Of a DNA stretch of 64,000 nt, positions 10,125 through 20,892 are shown in pieces. The DNA is from Geopsychrobacteraceae bacterium (lineage in GTDB: Bacteria > Desulfobacterota > Desulfuromonadia > Desulfuromonadales > Geopsychrobacteraceae). Made by a program: the position numbers and the translations under genes. The notes beneath the pieces were generated by a model. It saw only the letters and a list, made by a program, of their open reading frames with translations, ran no database searches and was not told the origin of the DNA. Each line of letters opens with the position of its first letter. The first letter of the stretch is position 1. Location: positions 1,920,001 to 1,984,000 of the forward strand of contig CAXXTB010000002.1 in assembly GCA_963676795.2 (NCBI GenBank), read 5' to 3'.

Positions 10125-10456
10125 GATGCAACGATATGACTTTCGAGCAGTTCTGCCGCTGCAGCGAGAGCGACCCCGGCGAGCAGAACTCGCTTATGTC
10201 TTGACTTGTCTCCGCTGACAATAACCACATCGCGCTTGGGCAGAGAAAACAGTTTGGCCAGAAACTCACAGCAGCATTTGTTGGCAGCACCATCGACCGG
10301 CGGGGAGGTCAGCTTGACCTTGAGATCATCGCCCTGAATGCCGGCAATCTGGTTACGACTGGAACGAGGCTGAACATGAAGGGAGATAACAACCCCTTCG
10401 GCTGTCATCTGCAGAAACGGCAGATCAGGGGAGCTTGATCGATTCACTGATTTCAT
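10121..10456 (-). CDS. yggU: DUF167 / UPF0235 (YggU) family protein
   Basis: VQPRSSRNQI...LKVKLTSPPVDGAAN...SGDKSRHK. Confidence 0.9.
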   Translation of the reverse strand: MKSVNRSSSPDLPFLQMTAEGVVISLHVQPRSSRNQIAGIQGDDLKVKLTSPPVDGAANKCCCEFLAKLFSLPKRDVVIVSGDKSRHKRVLLAGVALAAAAELLESHIVAS

Positions 10457-10955
10457 CTTCGGAAACAGAGCCGAGCAGCTGACTCTGCCGCTCCTTTTTC
10501 TCTTCCAGCAATACCTGGTCCATCTCCAGCAACTTCAAATGGCTACCGACAAGACTGCGCAGACCATTTTCAAAGGAGATCTTCTGGCGTCTGAGATCCT
10601 GCAGTTCATCAAGCAGCATCAACCGCTTGTCCTCCGCGCTGCGAATGATCCGTTCACCTTCGATATGCGCCTCAGCCATCATGATCTCAGCCTCTTTCCG
10701 CGCGTTCTCCTTCAGCTCTTCAGTGACCAGCTGAGCGGCAAGAAGGGTCTGCTGAAGAGCAGTTTCACGCTCACGCAGTTGCTCCAACGAGGAGTTTGCC
10801 CGAGCCAGCTTTTCCTTGAGTTCGTTATTGTGACTCAGCAGGCGCTCAAGCTCATCGGCAAGCAGTTCAAGAAACTGATCGACAGCTGCCGTATCATAAC
10901 CAAACATCCGGGTCTTGAACTGCTGCTGCTGAATCTCTATCGGAGTGATGCGCAT
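10425..10955 (-). CDS. divIVA: DivIVA domain protein
   Basis: MRITPIEIQQQQFKTRMFGYDTAAVDQFL followed by coiled coil. Confidence 0.9.
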   Translation of the reverse strand: MRITPIEIQQQQFKTRMFGYDTAAVDQFLELLADELERLLSHNNELKEKLARANSSLEQLRERETALQQTLLAAQLVTEELKENARKEAEIMMAEAHIEGERIIRSAEDKRLMLLDELQDLRRQKISFENGLRSLVGSHLKLLEMDQVLLEEKKERQSQLLGSVSEDEISESIKLP

Positions 10956-10971
10956 AGCTTAACAGCTCCCG

Positions 10972-11256
10972 TCAATAGGCAAGGCTACGCAGACCAGCCA
11001 TGAGCAACTGTTGCAGCACAGAGATAATAACCAGCAGTGCGATTGGCGAGAGATCAAAGGCGCCGAGCTGAAGAAAAGGCAGGTAGCGCCTCAATCTGTA
11101 CAGCACAGGGTCGGTGACATTATGCAGGAATCGAACAATCGGGTTATAAGGGTCTGGATTAACCCATGAGACAATAGCTCTTGCCACAACGATCCACATA
11201 TAGATAGTCAGGACCAGATTGACAATATTAGCAATGGCATTGATCAGAACGTTCAT
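10972..11256 (-). CDS. yggT: YggT family membrane protein
   Basis: RAIVSWVNPDPYNPIVRFLHNVTDP...DLSPI. Confidence 0.92.
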   Translation of the reverse strand: MNVLINAIANIVNLVLTIYMWIVVARAIVSWVNPDPYNPIVRFLHNVTDPVLYRLRRYLPFLQLGAFDLSPIALLVIISVLQQLLMAGLRSLAY

Positions 11257-11454
11257 AAACCAACCCTTCCACAATATTTCAAGAATCGACATTCGCTCAA
11301 CGAATGCTCGTAAATTGCTGTTACTATAACGGAATCAGCATTAGAGTCAAACGATTCCGCCAAATAGCGGGCTAGCCCTTTGACTTGACATCCTAAAATC
11401 GGTACATTTCCCTGATCTGCATTTATAACACTTTTTTAGAGAGAGTTTAGCCAT

Positions 11455-12504
11455 ATGGTCCAGACAAACAATCTGAACGTCACCCAGGTCAGCCCGATCA
11501 TTGCTCCATTCAACCTGAAACAGGTCTTTCCACTGTCTGAAGCAGGAGCAAGCTTTGTCAACAGCAGCCGCAATACGATCAAGGACATCCTTCACGGTCG
11601 GGACAAACGCCTGATGGCGGTTATCGGCCCCTGCTCTATTCATGACGCAGATGCGGCCCTGGAATATGCCCGTAGACTGTCCAGACTGGCTGAAGAGGTC
11701 AAAGAACAGATGTTCATCATCATGCGTGTCTACTTTGAAAAGCCACGCACGACGGTCGGCTGGAAAGGGCTGATCAACGACCCGGACCTTGACGGCAGCC
11801 ACAGGATTTCGAAGGGACTCGGCATTGCCCGCCGCCTGTTCTGCGAGATCACCGAGCTCAAGCTGCCAATTGCCAGCGAAATGCTCGATCCGATCACTCC
11901 GCAGTACCTGTCAGACATTATCAGCTGGGGTGCGATCGGCGCCCGCACCACCGAATCACAGACCCACCGCGAGATGTCGAGCGGCCTCTCCTTTCCGGTC
12001 GGCTTCAAAAACGGTACGGACGGCAGCCTCCAGGTGGCCATCGACGCCATCTCGGCCGCTTCCCGCCCGCACAATTTCCTCGGCATCAATTACGAAGGGC
12101 GCTCATCGATTGTCCAGACCACCGGCAACCCGGATGTCCATATCGTTCTGCGCGGCGGCAATGACGGGCCAAACTACAGCCCGGAAGACATTCAGAAAAC
12201 AGCCGAGCTGCTGGAGAAGAACAATGTCTCCCAGTCGATCATGGTCGACTGCAGTCACGCCAACTCCTACAAGGACCACAACCGCCAGAGTGAGGTGCTG
12301 GACAGCGTCGTTACCCAGCTGATTGAAAAACCCGGTTCGATCGCCGGCATTATGGTGGAAAGCAACCTCGAGGAAGGAAGCCAGAAGATTCCCGACGATC
12401 TGAGCCAACTGAAGTATGGCGTATCGGTCACCGACAAATGTATCGACTGGAAGACCACCGAAACGATCATCCGCAACGCCTGCCAGAAACTGGCTACCCG
12501 CTAA
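11455..12504 (+). CDS. aroG: 3-deoxy-7-phosphoheptulonate (DAHP) synthase, class I-alpha (AroG/F/H type)
   Basis: GPCSIHD, RVYFEKPRTTVGWKGLINDP, IGARTTESQTHRE, DCSHANS. Confidence 0.92.
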   Translation: MVQTNNLNVTQVSPIIAPFNLKQVFPLSEAGASFVNSSRNTIKDILHGRDKRLMAVIGPCSIHDADAALEYARRLSRLAEEVKEQMFIIMRVYFEKPRTTVGWKGLINDPDLDGSHRISKGLGIARRLFCEITELKLPIASEMLDPITPQYLSDIISWGAIGARTTESQTHREMSSGLSFPVGFKNGTDGSLQVAIDAISAASRPHNFLGINYEGRSSIVQTTGNPDVHIVLRGGNDGPNYSPEDIQKTAELLEKNNVSQSIMVDCSHANSYKDHNRQSEVLDSVVTQLIEKPGSIAGIMVESNLEEGSQKIPDDLSQLKYGVSVTDKCIDWKTTETIIRNACQKLATR

Positions 12505-13157
12505 GGAGCTGACAGCAGACGAATATCGTCGTACCAGGCCTGAGCATGTTCGCCGGTGTTATCGGTATCGGTCATGATAGCGATAGCACCGGCCAGGGGC
12601 GGATCCTCCCCGAACAACCGCCGATAGTCCTCCACCAGATTGCGTTCCTCGAGAATCCACTCCCCGGCCCGTTGATTCCCTGACTCGACGGCCAGCATCA
12701 TGGCTCTGGAAAAATAGCTATTCGGCAACGCCTCCCCTTTTGGCAAGCGATTGGCCCAGATATAATTGATCGTACGGGTCAGCGGCTTGATCCAGTGCGG
12801 GAAGATGACATAGATCCTGGCGGCGTAGTCATCCCCCTCCTTCGTCCTGGCATCGCCAGAGGCCAGCACCGCTTCGATCTTCCAACGCCACTGCAGGCGG
12901 GGATATTGGTTGGGATCAAACTCCAGCTGCTTGATCAGACCTGAGGCAGCTGCGGAGCTCGTCGCATGCAGAACCTTGGAAGAGCCATCGGAAACGAGCT
13001 CATATTGAGTCCGCCCGACAAAGGTCTGGACCTGCCAGAGACCCAAGTCTCCCTCGAAATCATCGACGAGCAGGGACTCCTGCGCAGCAAAAACCGAAGA
13101 GCAGAACAACACCGCAGCCATCAGCAGCGTCAGTCCCGTTCCAGACAAGCTCTTCAT
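12501..13157 (-). CDS. DUF3047 domain exported protein
   Basis: Signal peptide; LQWRWK, GDDYAARIYVIF, INYIWA, IAIMTDTDNTG. Confidence 0.85.
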   Translation of the reverse strand: MKSLSGTGLTLLMAAVLFCSSVFAAQESLLVDDFEGDLGLWQVQTFVGRTQYELVSDGSSKVLHATSSAAASGLIKQLEFDPNQYPRLQWRWKIEAVLASGDARTKEGDDYAARIYVIFPHWIKPLTRTINYIWANRLPKGEALPNSYFSRAMMLAVESGNQRAGEWILEERNLVEDYRRLFGEDPPLAGAIAIMTDTDNTGEHAQAWYDDIRLLSAP

Positions 13158-13158
13158 C

Positions 13159-13458
13159 CTAGTGAACCGGCTTGTCCTGGTCCTCTGCGCTTTCATTCTG
13201 AGTCAGCGGACCGAATTTCTTTTCATAGGCATCGACGTTCTGGGCCAGAACATGCAGCAGGCGCTTGGCGTGCTTGGGAGACATGATCAAGCGAGAGGTA
13301 ACCCGGGCCTTGGGGGCCTGAGGCTGGACGAAAAGGCAGTCGACGACAAATTCACCTTCGTTGTGATTGACAATCGACAGGTTGACATACTGTCCGCAGG
13401 CAACCTGCTCATCAACCTGGATTTCGAGTTTGATATCCTTCTTTTCGTTTTTATCCAT
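13159..13458 (-). CDS. DUF3467 domain protein
   Basis: GQYVNLSIVNHNEGEFVVD...SRLIMSPKHAKRL...YEKKFG. Confidence 0.85.
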   Translation of the reverse strand: MDKNEKKDIKLEIQVDEQVACGQYVNLSIVNHNEGEFVVDCLFVQPQAPKARVTSRLIMSPKHAKRLLHVLAQNVDAYEKKFGPLTQNESAEDQDKPVH

Positions 13459-13467
13459 GGACAGCTC

Positions 13468-13788
13468 CTAGAGGTCATTCAACAGGCGATAGATCAGCTG
13501 CTCGAGTTCCCAGACGATTTCACCTGCCTTTTCCTGTTCCGCATTGATCAACTGCACCCTGGCCCGATCCAGCTGACCATGAGCCCGTAGCAGCACCGGT
13601 GACAGCTTGCTTTCCAGCTGGTACTGGGGAATCTCACCAACCATTTCAAGGAATTCGTTGAGTTCTTCCGCTGCCTGATCGACCAGCCGCAGGCACATTG
13701 ACGATGCCTCCGGAACTAACGAGTAGAGCCGATCGGCGTCCTGTTCGATCTGATCGTGAATCTGTCTGTAACGTTCGCTGATTGTCAT
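13468..13788 (-). CDS. Hypothetical helical protein
   Basis: 106-aa ORF co-oriented and tightly packed with the DUF3467 gene. Confidence 0.65.
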   Translation of the reverse strand: MTISERYRQIHDQIEQDADRLYSLVPEASSMCLRLVDQAAEELNEFLEMVGEIPQYQLESKLSPVLLRAHGQLDRARVQLINAEQEKAGEIVWELEQLIYRLLNDL

Positions 13789-13885
13789 CCCTGATCCTAC
13801 CTTTCGCTATAAGTATATCGCGGCGCATCCTACGCGAAACAACGACCAAAGATCAATCTCATAGAACATTTTTCCCCGATTAACA

Positions 13886-13914
13886 TTGACTTCCTTTCTT
13901 ACCGGAGCTAGATT
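13886..13914 (+). promoter_or_regulatory. Sigma70 promoter of the thi operon
   Basis: TTGACT-17-TAGATT immediately before the TPP aptamer. Confidence 0.7.
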
Positions 13915-13928
13915 TCCGCACACAGTAT

Positions 13929-14018
13929 ACCGCTAGGGGTGTCTTTGTTACTGAGAGTTCCAGAATCCGGAACAACCCTTAGAACCTGATCCGGGTGATA
14001 CCGGCGGAGGGAAGCGGC
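13929..14018 (+). promoter_or_regulatory. TPP (THI-box) riboswitch aptamer
   Basis: CCGCTAGGGGTG...CTGAGA...ACCCTTAGAACCTGATCCGGGTGATACCGGCGGAGGGAAGCGG, upstream of thiamine genes. Confidence 0.97.
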
Positions 14019-14055
14019 CTTGAATAGATTCTTTTCATGCTTTATCTATTTACGG

Positions 14056-14092
14056 TAGCCGCATTCCCCCAAGAGTGCGGCTATTTTTATTT
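14056..14092 (+). terminator. Riboswitch expression-platform terminator
   Basis: TAGCCGCA...TGCGGCTA + TTTTTATTT; left arm GCCGCATTCC can alternatively pair with aptamer 3' GGAAGCGGC (antiterminator). Confidence 0.85.
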
Positions 14093-14104
14093 CAAGACGA
14101 AGAC

Positions 14105-14938
14105 ATGAAAATCTACCTTAACGAAAAACCGGCTGAAATCGACGCTGGAATGACCCTGGCAGAGCTTGTTGCCAGCATGAAACCTGATGCCGACGTACGG
14201 ATCATCAACGGTCATCCTGTTGCCGCCCCAGATATCCTGCTGCAGCAGGATGACCGAGTGACCCTGATCAAACGAGGCGAGATTCCCTCCTTCGAAGACC
14301 TTGAATTTCTCCTGACCACACGCCACACACCACTGATCCATCAGCAACTGAAAACCAAGCATGTTGGTATCGCCGGCGTCGGCGGCCTGGGGTCCCAGGT
14401 TGCTATCGCCCTGGCACGCAGCGGTATCGGCAGCCTGACACTCGTCGATTTTGATGTTGTCGAGCCGTCCAATCTCAACCGCCAGCAATATTTTATCGAT
14501 CAGATCGGGCTGCCCAAGGTTAGCGCGCTGGCAGAGAACCTCAGACGCATCAACCCTTACGTCAAGGTTACCGCGCACTGCGAAAAAGTCAGCGAAATGA
14601 ATCTCTGTCAGCTGTTCGGCACTGTCGACCTCCTTGTCGAAGCTTTCGACGATGCCGGACAAAAAGCACAGCTCTGCCGAAGCTTCCTGCAGCATTTTCC
14701 CGACCGTTATCTGGTTGCAGCATCAGGAATGGCCGGCTACGGCACGGCCAACAGGATTGCGACCAAACGTATCAACCGGCGCTTTTATCTGTGCGGCGAT
14801 GATACCAGCGCAGCCCGCCCCGGGCATGGTCTGATGGCCCCGCGAGTCGGCGTCGTCGCCCACCATCAGGCGAATGCCGCCCTGCGCCTGCTCCTCAACC
14901 TCGAACCGGAGACAGACAACGATGATCCTGACAATTAA
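14105..14938 (+). CDS. thiF: Sulfur carrier adenylyltransferase ThiF with N-terminal ThiS-like domain
   Basis: N-terminal ubiquitin-like MKIYLNEK...; GIAGVGGLGS, DFDVVEPSNLNRQ, EAFD, GLMAPRV. Confidence 0.9.
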   Translation: MKIYLNEKPAEIDAGMTLAELVASMKPDADVRIINGHPVAAPDILLQQDDRVTLIKRGEIPSFEDLEFLLTTRHTPLIHQQLKTKHVGIAGVGGLGSQVAIALARSGIGSLTLVDFDVVEPSNLNRQQYFIDQIGLPKVSALAENLRRINPYVKVTAHCEKVSEMNLCQLFGTVDLLVEAFDDAGQKAQLCRSFLQHFPDRYLVAASGMAGYGTANRIATKRINRRFYLCGDDTSAARPGHGLMAPRVGVVAHHQANAALRLLLNLEPETDNDDPDN

Positions 14939-15122
14939 CGGACAAGCACGTGAAATCAACCAGGTCGGCACGCTGGCAGATCTGCTTGCGCAGCTGCAGC
15001 TCTCCCCCGAGCGGGTCGTCGTGGAACTCAACGGCGAGATCCTCTGCGCCGACCAACTCGGGGCAAACGCTTTATCGCCGGGCGACAAGATCGAACTGGT
15101 TCAGTTTGTCGGCGGCGGTTAA
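14922..15122 (+). CDS. thiS: Sulfur carrier protein ThiS
   Basis: MILTING...VVELNGEI...[11 protein letters not shown]-terminus. Confidence 0.95.
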   Translation: MILTINGQAREINQVGTLADLLAQLQLSPERVVVELNGEILCADQLGANALSPGDKIELVQFVGGG

Positions 15123-15151
15123 CTTCTCGATATCAAGGAAAGGCAGTTATT

Positions 15152-15922
15152 ATGGATAATCTAACTATCGCGGACAGAACATTCACGTCGCGCCTGATGG
15201 TCGGCACCGGCAAGTTCTCCTCCAATCGGGCCATGGTCGAAGCCATGGAGCATTCCGGTTGCGAGATCGTCACCGTAGCCCTGCGCCGGGTCGATATTGA
15301 CAACCCCGCAGACTCTCTGCTTTCACACATCGATCGCGAGCGCTATCTGCTGCTGCCCAACACCAGCGGCGCCCGCAATGCCGAAGAGGCGGTCAGGCTG
15401 GCACGGCTGGCGCGTGCGGCTGGCTGCGAACCCTGGGTCAAGCTGGAAGTCACCCCGGACCCCTATTACCTGCTCCCCGATCCGGTCGAAACCCTCAAAG
15501 CTGCCGAAATCCTCGTCAAGGAGGGATTTATCGTGCTCCCCTACATGCCGGCCGACCCGGTGCTGGCCAGGCATCTTGAAGAAGCAGGAACCGCAACCCT
15601 CATGCCGCTCGGCGCGCCGATCGGCACAAACCGGGGTTTAAGGACCAAAGACCTGGTCAGCATCATCATCGAACAGGCCAACATTCCGGTCGTCGTCGAT
15701 GCCGGACTAGGCGCCCCATCACATGCTGCAGAGGCCATGGAACTCGGCGCCGATGCGGTACTGGTCAACACTGCCCTGGCCGACACCCCATCACCGGCGG
15801 CCATGGCCAGAGCCTTCAGAAAAGGGGTCGAAGCGGGGCGTGAAGCCTATCTTGCCGGTCTTGGCCCGCAACGTGACAAAGCAGAAGCATCGAGCCCCCT
15901 GACCGGATTTTTAAGGAACTGA
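15152..15922 (+). CDS. thiG: Thiazole synthase
   Basis: [42 protein letters not shown]. Confidence 0.97.
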   Translation: MDNLTIADRTFTSRLMVGTGKFSSNRAMVEAMEHSGCEIVTVALRRVDIDNPADSLLSHIDRERYLLLPNTSGARNAEEAVRLARLARAAGCEPWVKLEVTPDPYYLLPDPVETLKAAEILVKEGFIVLPYMPADPVLARHLEEAGTATLMPLGAPIGTNRGLRTKDLVSIIIEQANIPVVVDAGLGAPSHAAEAMELGADAVLVNTALADTPSPAAMARAFRKGVEAGREAYLAGLGPQRDKAEASSPLTGFLRN

Positions 15923-15924
15923 TC

Positions 15925-17055
15925 ATGGACTTCTACCATCAACTCACAAGCTTTCCTCAGGCGGAGCTGAGCAAGAGGATCAGGTCAGCAAGTCCGGACC
16001 AGATCGACAAGGCCCTGAACAGGGAGAAAATCACCCTGGATGATTTTACAAGCCTGCTCTGCCCTGCCATCAGCGATACCCAGCTCGAAACGCTGGCGGT
16101 CAAGGCCCACCGCCTGACCCGCCAGCGCTTTGGCAATACGATCCTGATGTACGCCCCCCTCTACCTGTCGAACGAATGCCACAACGGTTGCAAGTACTGC
16201 GGATTCAATGCCGACAACCACCTGATGCGCAGGACCTTGACGCTTGAACAGATCGACAGAGAAGCCCGCATTCTTCTTCGGCAGGGATTCAGACACATGC
16301 TGTTGCTGACCGGTGAAGCGCCCGAAGTTGCCGGTATCGACTATCTTGAAGCGGCCGTCAAAACGGTCAAACAGCACTGTGGTTCGGTGGCCATTGAAGT
16401 TTTCCCGATGAATGCCGACGGCTACCGCAGTATGGTCAGCGCAGGCGTTGACGCCCTGACCCTCTATCAGGAAACCTACGATCCGGAACTCTACCAAGAA
16501 CTCCACCCCTACGGCCCCAAGAACGACTATCATTTCCGGCTCTCTGCCCCGGAAGCAGCCGGCGAAGCGGGCTTGAGAAAAATCGGCCTCGGCTCTCTGC
16601 TCGGACTTGGTGATTGCCTGACCGACGTCTTCTATACCGGCCTGCATGCGCGCTATCTTGCCCGCAAATACTGGCGCACACAGGTCAGTATTTCTTTCCC
16701 GCGGCTGCGCCCGGCTGAAGGCGGATTCCAGCCGAGAAGCATCGTCAGCGACCGCCAGCTGACCCAGTTTATCTGTGCCCTGCGCCTGCTCCTGCCCGAT
16801 GCCGGCCTGGTCCTGTCAACCCGCGAAAGCACGCAGCTACGCAACAACCTGCTGTCGCTGGGCATCACCCAGATGAGCGCCGGATCTTCGACCGCCCCTG
16901 GTGGCTACAGTGAAGAAGCGACAGATGCGGAACAGTTTGCTATCAACGATGAACGCACAGCCGCCGAACTCGCAAGCTTTCTTGCCGCACAAGGCTACGA
17001 TCCGGTCTGGAAGGATTGGGACAGCGCCTTTCTTGACAATAGGGCCCAGGCATGA
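15925..17055 (+). CDS. thiH: 2-iminoacetate synthase (radical SAM)
   Basis: YAPLYLSNECHNGCKYCGF, YQETYD, SFPRLRP, SAGSSTAPGGY. Confidence 0.95.
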   Translation: MDFYHQLTSFPQAELSKRIRSASPDQIDKALNREKITLDDFTSLLCPAISDTQLETLAVKAHRLTRQRFGNTILMYAPLYLSNECHNGCKYCGFNADNHLMRRTLTLEQIDREARILLRQGFRHMLLLTGEAPEVAGIDYLEAAVKTVKQHCGSVAIEVFPMNADGYRSMVSAGVDALTLYQETYDPELYQELHPYGPKNDYHFRLSAPEAAGEAGLRKIGLGSLLGLGDCLTDVFYTGLHARYLARKYWRTQVSISFPRLRPAEGGFQPRSIVSDRQLTQFICALRLLLPDAGLVLSTRESTQLRNNLLSLGITQMSAGSSTAPGGYSEEATDAEQFAINDERTAAELASFLAAQGYDPVWKDWDSAFLDNRAQA

Positions 17056-17669
17056 ATTCATTACCGGCGATCTACCTGATCACTGACCGACATAACCATG
17101 CACCTGGCATGACCTTTCTGGAAACCGTTGAACTATTGCTCTGCAGCGGCCTGAGGCTCGTTCAGCTGCGCGAGAAAGATTTGAGCGCGGCTGATCTCTA
17201 CCCTCTGGCAGTGCGCTTCAGAGAGCTGACCCACAAATATTCAGCCAGACTGATCATCAATGACCGGATCGACATCGCCCTGGCCGTCGCTGCGGACGGG
17301 GTACAGCTTGGTGGCCATTCTCTCCCGGTTCAGGCCGCCAGAAATGTGTGTAAAGAAATGCTTATCGGCGTGTCAACGCATAGCCCGGGCGAGGTCAGCG
17401 CAGCCGCCGCTCAGGGCGCGGACTTCGTTACTTACGGACCCATCTTCGCCACTGAATCTAAAGCCAAACTGGGGAACCCCGTCGGCCCGTCAAGCCTGCA
17501 TCAGATAAGTACAGAAATTCCCGTCTACCCCCTTGGCGGCATCAGGCTCAGCAATATAGATCAGATTTGCGCGAACGGATATTCGAGAATGGCCGCAATA
17601 TCTGCCCTGCTCAAAGCAGAGAATCCCAAGCTGCTACTCGACAGCCTGCATCAGAAATTGCACAAATAA
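17052..17669 (+). CDS. thiE: Thiamine phosphate synthase
   Basis: YLITD, VQLREK, INDRIDIA, GVSTHS, GPIFATESK, LGGI. Confidence 0.88.
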   Translation: MNSLPAIYLITDRHNHAPGMTFLETVELLLCSGLRLVQLREKDLSAADLYPLAVRFRELTHKYSARLIINDRIDIALAVAADGVQLGGHSLPVQAARNVCKEMLIGVSTHSPGEVSAAAAQGADFVTYGPIFATESKAKLGNPVGPSSLHQISTEIPVYPLGGIRLSNIDQICANGYSRMAAISALLKAENPKLLLDSLHQKLHK

Positions 17670-17672
17670 CAA

Positions 17673-17699
17673 AGGGAAGCTCCCTGCAGAGCTTCCCTC
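17673..17699. terminator. Hairpin between convergent thiE and tRNA-Asp
   Basis: AGGGAAGCTC...GAGCTTCCCT inverted repeat. Confidence 0.7.
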
Positions 17700-17711
17700 T
17701 ATTCTTTATAA

Positions 17712-17788
17712 TGGCGGGGCTGACGGGACTTGAACCCGCGACCTCCGGCGTGACAGGCCGGCGTTGTAACCGACTCTACTACAGCCCC
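17712..17788 (-). tRNA. tRNA-Asp (GTC)
   Basis: Cloverleaf, anticodon loop CTGTCAC, GGTTCAAGTCC T-arm, CCA end. Confidence 0.97.
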
Positions 17789-17793
17789 AATTT

Positions 17794-17869
17794 TGGTGGG
17801 CGAAGAGGGGCTCGAACCCCCGACATCCTGCTTGTAAGGCAGGCGCTCTCCCAGCTGAGCTATTCGCCC
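17794..17869 (-). tRNA. tRNA-Val (TAC)
   Basis: Cloverleaf, anticodon loop CTTACAA, CCA end. Confidence 0.97.
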
Positions 17870-17877
17870 TGAGAAAA

Positions 17878-17954
17878 TGGCGGGGCTGACGGGACTTGAA
17901 CCCGCGACCTCCGGCGTGACAGGCCGGCGTTGTAACCGACTCTACTACAGCCCC
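17878..17954 (-). tRNA. tRNA-Asp (GTC), identical second copy
   Basis: Sequence identical to 17712-17788. Confidence 0.97.
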
Positions 17955-18045
17955 GCAAAGAAAGAGGAAGTAGACCTTTTGGCCCTGAAATCAGGCCAGT
18001 GACCTACTTCCTAATTCGGTCTAGCTATGTCATTCTTTGTAACGA

Positions 18046-18318
18046 TTAGTTTACTGCGTCCTTCAAAGCCTTGCCAGCCTTGAATTTTGGAACTTTGGCG
18101 GCAGCGATGGTGATTTGCTCACCAGTCTGAGGATTTTTACCGGTACGTGCAGCGCGCTCACCGACACTGAAGGTACCAAAGCCAACGAGAGCCACTTTAT
18201 CACCGGCCTTCAAAGCTTCAGTTACAGCTTCGGTAAATGCCTTGAGTGCACCCTCTGCATCAGTTTTGCTCAGCCCCGCTTTTTCTGCCATTGCATTGAC
18301 AAGATCTGCTTTAGTCAC
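18046..18318 (-). CDS. hup: DNA-binding protein HU
   Basis: TKADLV...LVGFGTF...[12 protein letters not shown]...[14 protein letters not shown]. Confidence 0.97.
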   Translation of the reverse strand: MTKADLVNAMAEKAGLSKTDAEGALKAFTEAVTEALKAGDKVALVGFGTFSVGERAARTGKNPQTGEQITIAAAKVPKFKAGKALKDAVN

Positions 18319-18417
18319 AGCATACCTCCCGTTAAAGTTATTGTTAATTCATTCACAAGAAAACGCGATAAGATATATCAGCTTTGCAAAAAAACTGTCA
18401 AGCGCTTTTTCCCATAT

Positions 18418-20811
18418 TTACTGCTTTTCAGAGGAATCTAGCAGACTTTCTCGGTCTCCATTTGTCCCCTGCGCAGAGGGAAGCAACGCCAATTCAAGAA
18501 CTTGATCCATATGACTGACAAGCTCAACCTGAACCGACTTTAATATCACGGCAGCAATATCCGCCAGGTTCTTTTCATTCTCACTCGGAATCAGGACCTT
18601 GACAATTCCGCCGCGCCGCGCCGCAAGCAATTTCTCCTTGAGACCACCGATCGGCAGCACTCGTCCACGCAATGTGACTTCTCCGGTCATAGCAACATCC
18701 TGGCGGACCGGGCGGCCAGTCAAAGCGGAAGCCAGTGCGGTCGCCATGGTAATACCAGCTGACGGCCCGTCCTTGGGAACAGCACCTTCCGGTACGTGGA
18801 TATGAATATCAAGCTTGGAGTAAAAATCCCGCTCAAGCCTGAGCTCCTGCCAACGCGAACGGATATAGCTGAGTGCCGCCTGAGCCGACTCCTGCATCAC
18901 CTCACCAAGCTTGCCGGTGACAGTCAACTTGCCACGTCCCGGCAGGGTCGTGACCTCAACAAGCAACAATTCACCACCGGTCTCGGTCCAGGCCAGACCT
19001 GTCGTTACGCCGACCTGGTCTTCCTGTTCACGCATGCCGTGCTGATATTGAGGAACCCCCAGCAGTTTCTGAACCTGAGCTTCACCAACCTTGAACGGCT
19101 TGTCCTTCCCCTCCAGGAGCGCCCGTTTGGCCAGCTTACGCATCAGGGAAGCGATATTCCGATCCAGACTCCGCACCCCCGACTCACGCGTATAGCGCCG
19201 GATGACTTCCAGCAGGGCCGGGTCGGAAACCTTGACCTGAGCCTCACTCAAACCATGGGCCTCAGTCTGCTTTTTCAACAGATAGCGGCGTGCGATATGG
19301 AGTTTTTCCTCTTCCGAATAGCCCTCGATGCGGATCACCTCAAGACGGTCATGCAGCGGCCTGGGAATCGCGTGAAGATTGTTGGCCGTCGCGACAAAAA
19401 GGGCCTCCGACAGGTCATACTCGACATCGAGAAAATGATCGACAAAGCTACTGTTCTGCTCCGGATCCAGAACCTCGAGCAGTGCCGAGGAGGGATCCCC
19501 CCTGAAGTCGGTACTCATCTTGTCGATCTCGTCGAGCATGAAAACAGGGTTCCTGACTCCGGCCTTCTTCATACCCTGAATAATCTTGCCCGGCATAGCG
19601 CCGATATAGGTCCGCCTGTGACCACGGATTTCGGCCTCATCACGCACCCCGCCCAATGAAATCCGCACAAACTGGCGCTGCAAGGCCTTGGCAATAGATC
19701 TCCCCAGCGATGTCTTGCCAACCCCAGGAGGACCGACCAGACACAGAATAGGCCCCTTGATCTTTTTTACCAAAGCCTGAACGGCGAGGTATTCAAGGAC
19801 GCGTTCCTTGACCTGCTCCAAACCGTAGTGATCCGTATCGAGAATTTTCTCGGCGGTCACCAGATCATAACGATCCCTGGTTCCCTTGCTCCAGGGCAGC
19901 GACAACAGCCATTCAATGTAGTTTCTGACCACCGTTGCCTCGGCGGACATCGGCGACATCAGCTTGAGCTTACGCAGTTCTCCACGCGTTTTTTCCGCGG
20001 CTTCCTTGGACATCTTCTTCTTTTCAATCTGCTCCTCGAAATGAAGAATTTCCTGCTTGAACTCGTCCTGTTCTCCCAGCTCCTTCTGAATCGCGCGCAT
20101 CTGCTCATTCAGATAGTATTCCTTCTGGCTGCGCTCCATCTGGCTCTTGACGCGACTGCGGATACGCCCCTCGATCTGCAGGATCTCGATCTCCTGTTCC
20201 AGCAGCGCCAGTATGTGCTCGAGGCGCTGACCAGGATCAAGAATTTCCAGAATCTCCTGACGATCGATCAACGGAACCTGGAGATGACCGGCGACGGTAT
20301 CGGCAAGTCGCGAAGGGTCATCAATGCCGGCAATACTGTTGCTGACCTCGGCTGGAATCTTCTTGCTCAGCCCGACATAGGTTTCAAAAGTCGTCAGTAT
20401 GGCCCGCATGACAGCTTCCAGCTCAGACAAATCGGCTACCGATTCATCAAGCGGTGTGATGCGAGCCTCAAGAAGCTCCTCTGAAGAGACGAGTCCGTCA
20501 AGACGGCCGCGCCAGAGCCCTTCGATCAGAACCTTCACGGTACCATCAGGAAGCTTTAACAGCTGAACGATTTTACCAACAGTTCCGACCGGATATAGGT
20601 CTTCCTGGGCCGGTGATTCGGTTTTTGAATCCTTCTGACAAACCAAAAAAATCAATTTTTCTCCATCTGAAGCCTTATTCAAAGCACCAATGGAGTGCGC
20701 GCGGCCGACAAATAACGGCGCAGCCATATGAGGGAAAATGACAATATCGCGGAGTGGCAACATTGGCAAAAGTTGTTCATTTACAGGATGTTCAATTGTA
20801 ATCTCTGACAT
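18418..20811 (-). CDS. lon: ATP-dependent protease La
   Basis: [45 protein letters not shown]. Confidence 0.97.
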   Translation of the reverse strand: MSEITIEHPVNEQLLPMLPLRDIVIFPHMAAPLFVGRAHSIGALNKASDGEKLIFLVCQKDSKTESPAQEDLYPVGTVGKIVQLLKLPDGTVKVLIEGLWRGRLDGLVSSEELLEARITPLDESVADLSELEAVMRAILTTFETYVGLSKKIPAEVSNSIAGIDDPSRLADTVAGHLQVPLIDRQEILEILDPGQRLEHILALLEQEIEILQIEGRIRSRVKSQMERSQKEYYLNEQMRAIQKELGEQDEFKQEILHFEEQIEKKKMSKEAAEKTRGELRKLKLMSPMSAEATVVRNYIEWLLSLPWSKGTRDRYDLVTAEKILDTDHYGLEQVKERVLEYLAVQALVKKIKGPILCLVGPPGVGKTSLGRSIAKALQRQFVRISLGGVRDEAEIRGHRRTYIGAMPGKIIQGMKKAGVRNPVFMLDEIDKMSTDFRGDPSSALLEVLDPEQNSSFVDHFLDVEYDLSEALFVATANNLHAIPRPLHDRLEVIRIEGYSEEEKLHIARRYLLKKQTEAHGLSEAQVKVSDPALLEVIRRYTRESGVRSLDRNIASLMRKLAKRALLEGKDKPFKVGEAQVQKLLGVPQYQHGMREQEDQVGVTTGLAWTETGGELLLVEVTTLPGRGKLTVTGKLGEVMQESAQAALSYIRSRWQELRLERDFYSKLDIHIHVPEGAVPKDGPSAGITMATALASALTGRPVRQDVAMTGEVTLRGRVLPIGGLKEKLLAARRGGIVKVLIPSENEKNLADIAAVILKSVQVELVSHMDQVLELALLPSAQGTNGDRESLLDSSEKQ

Positions 20812-20892
20812 AACCTTGCCATAAAGTGAAAAAGGAGCGCACTGCCGTCATCAGCAGTAAGCGCTCCCTGTTTTCTAAACAGATATTTTACG

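Noticed and set aside
14105..14310. ThiS-like domain fused to ThiF
   Set aside because: Known architecture of this ThiF subfamily; a free ThiS follows
17712..17954. 77-bp direct repeat as CRISPR or att site
   Set aside because: Two full tRNA-Asp genes flanking tRNA-Val; no cas genes or integrase
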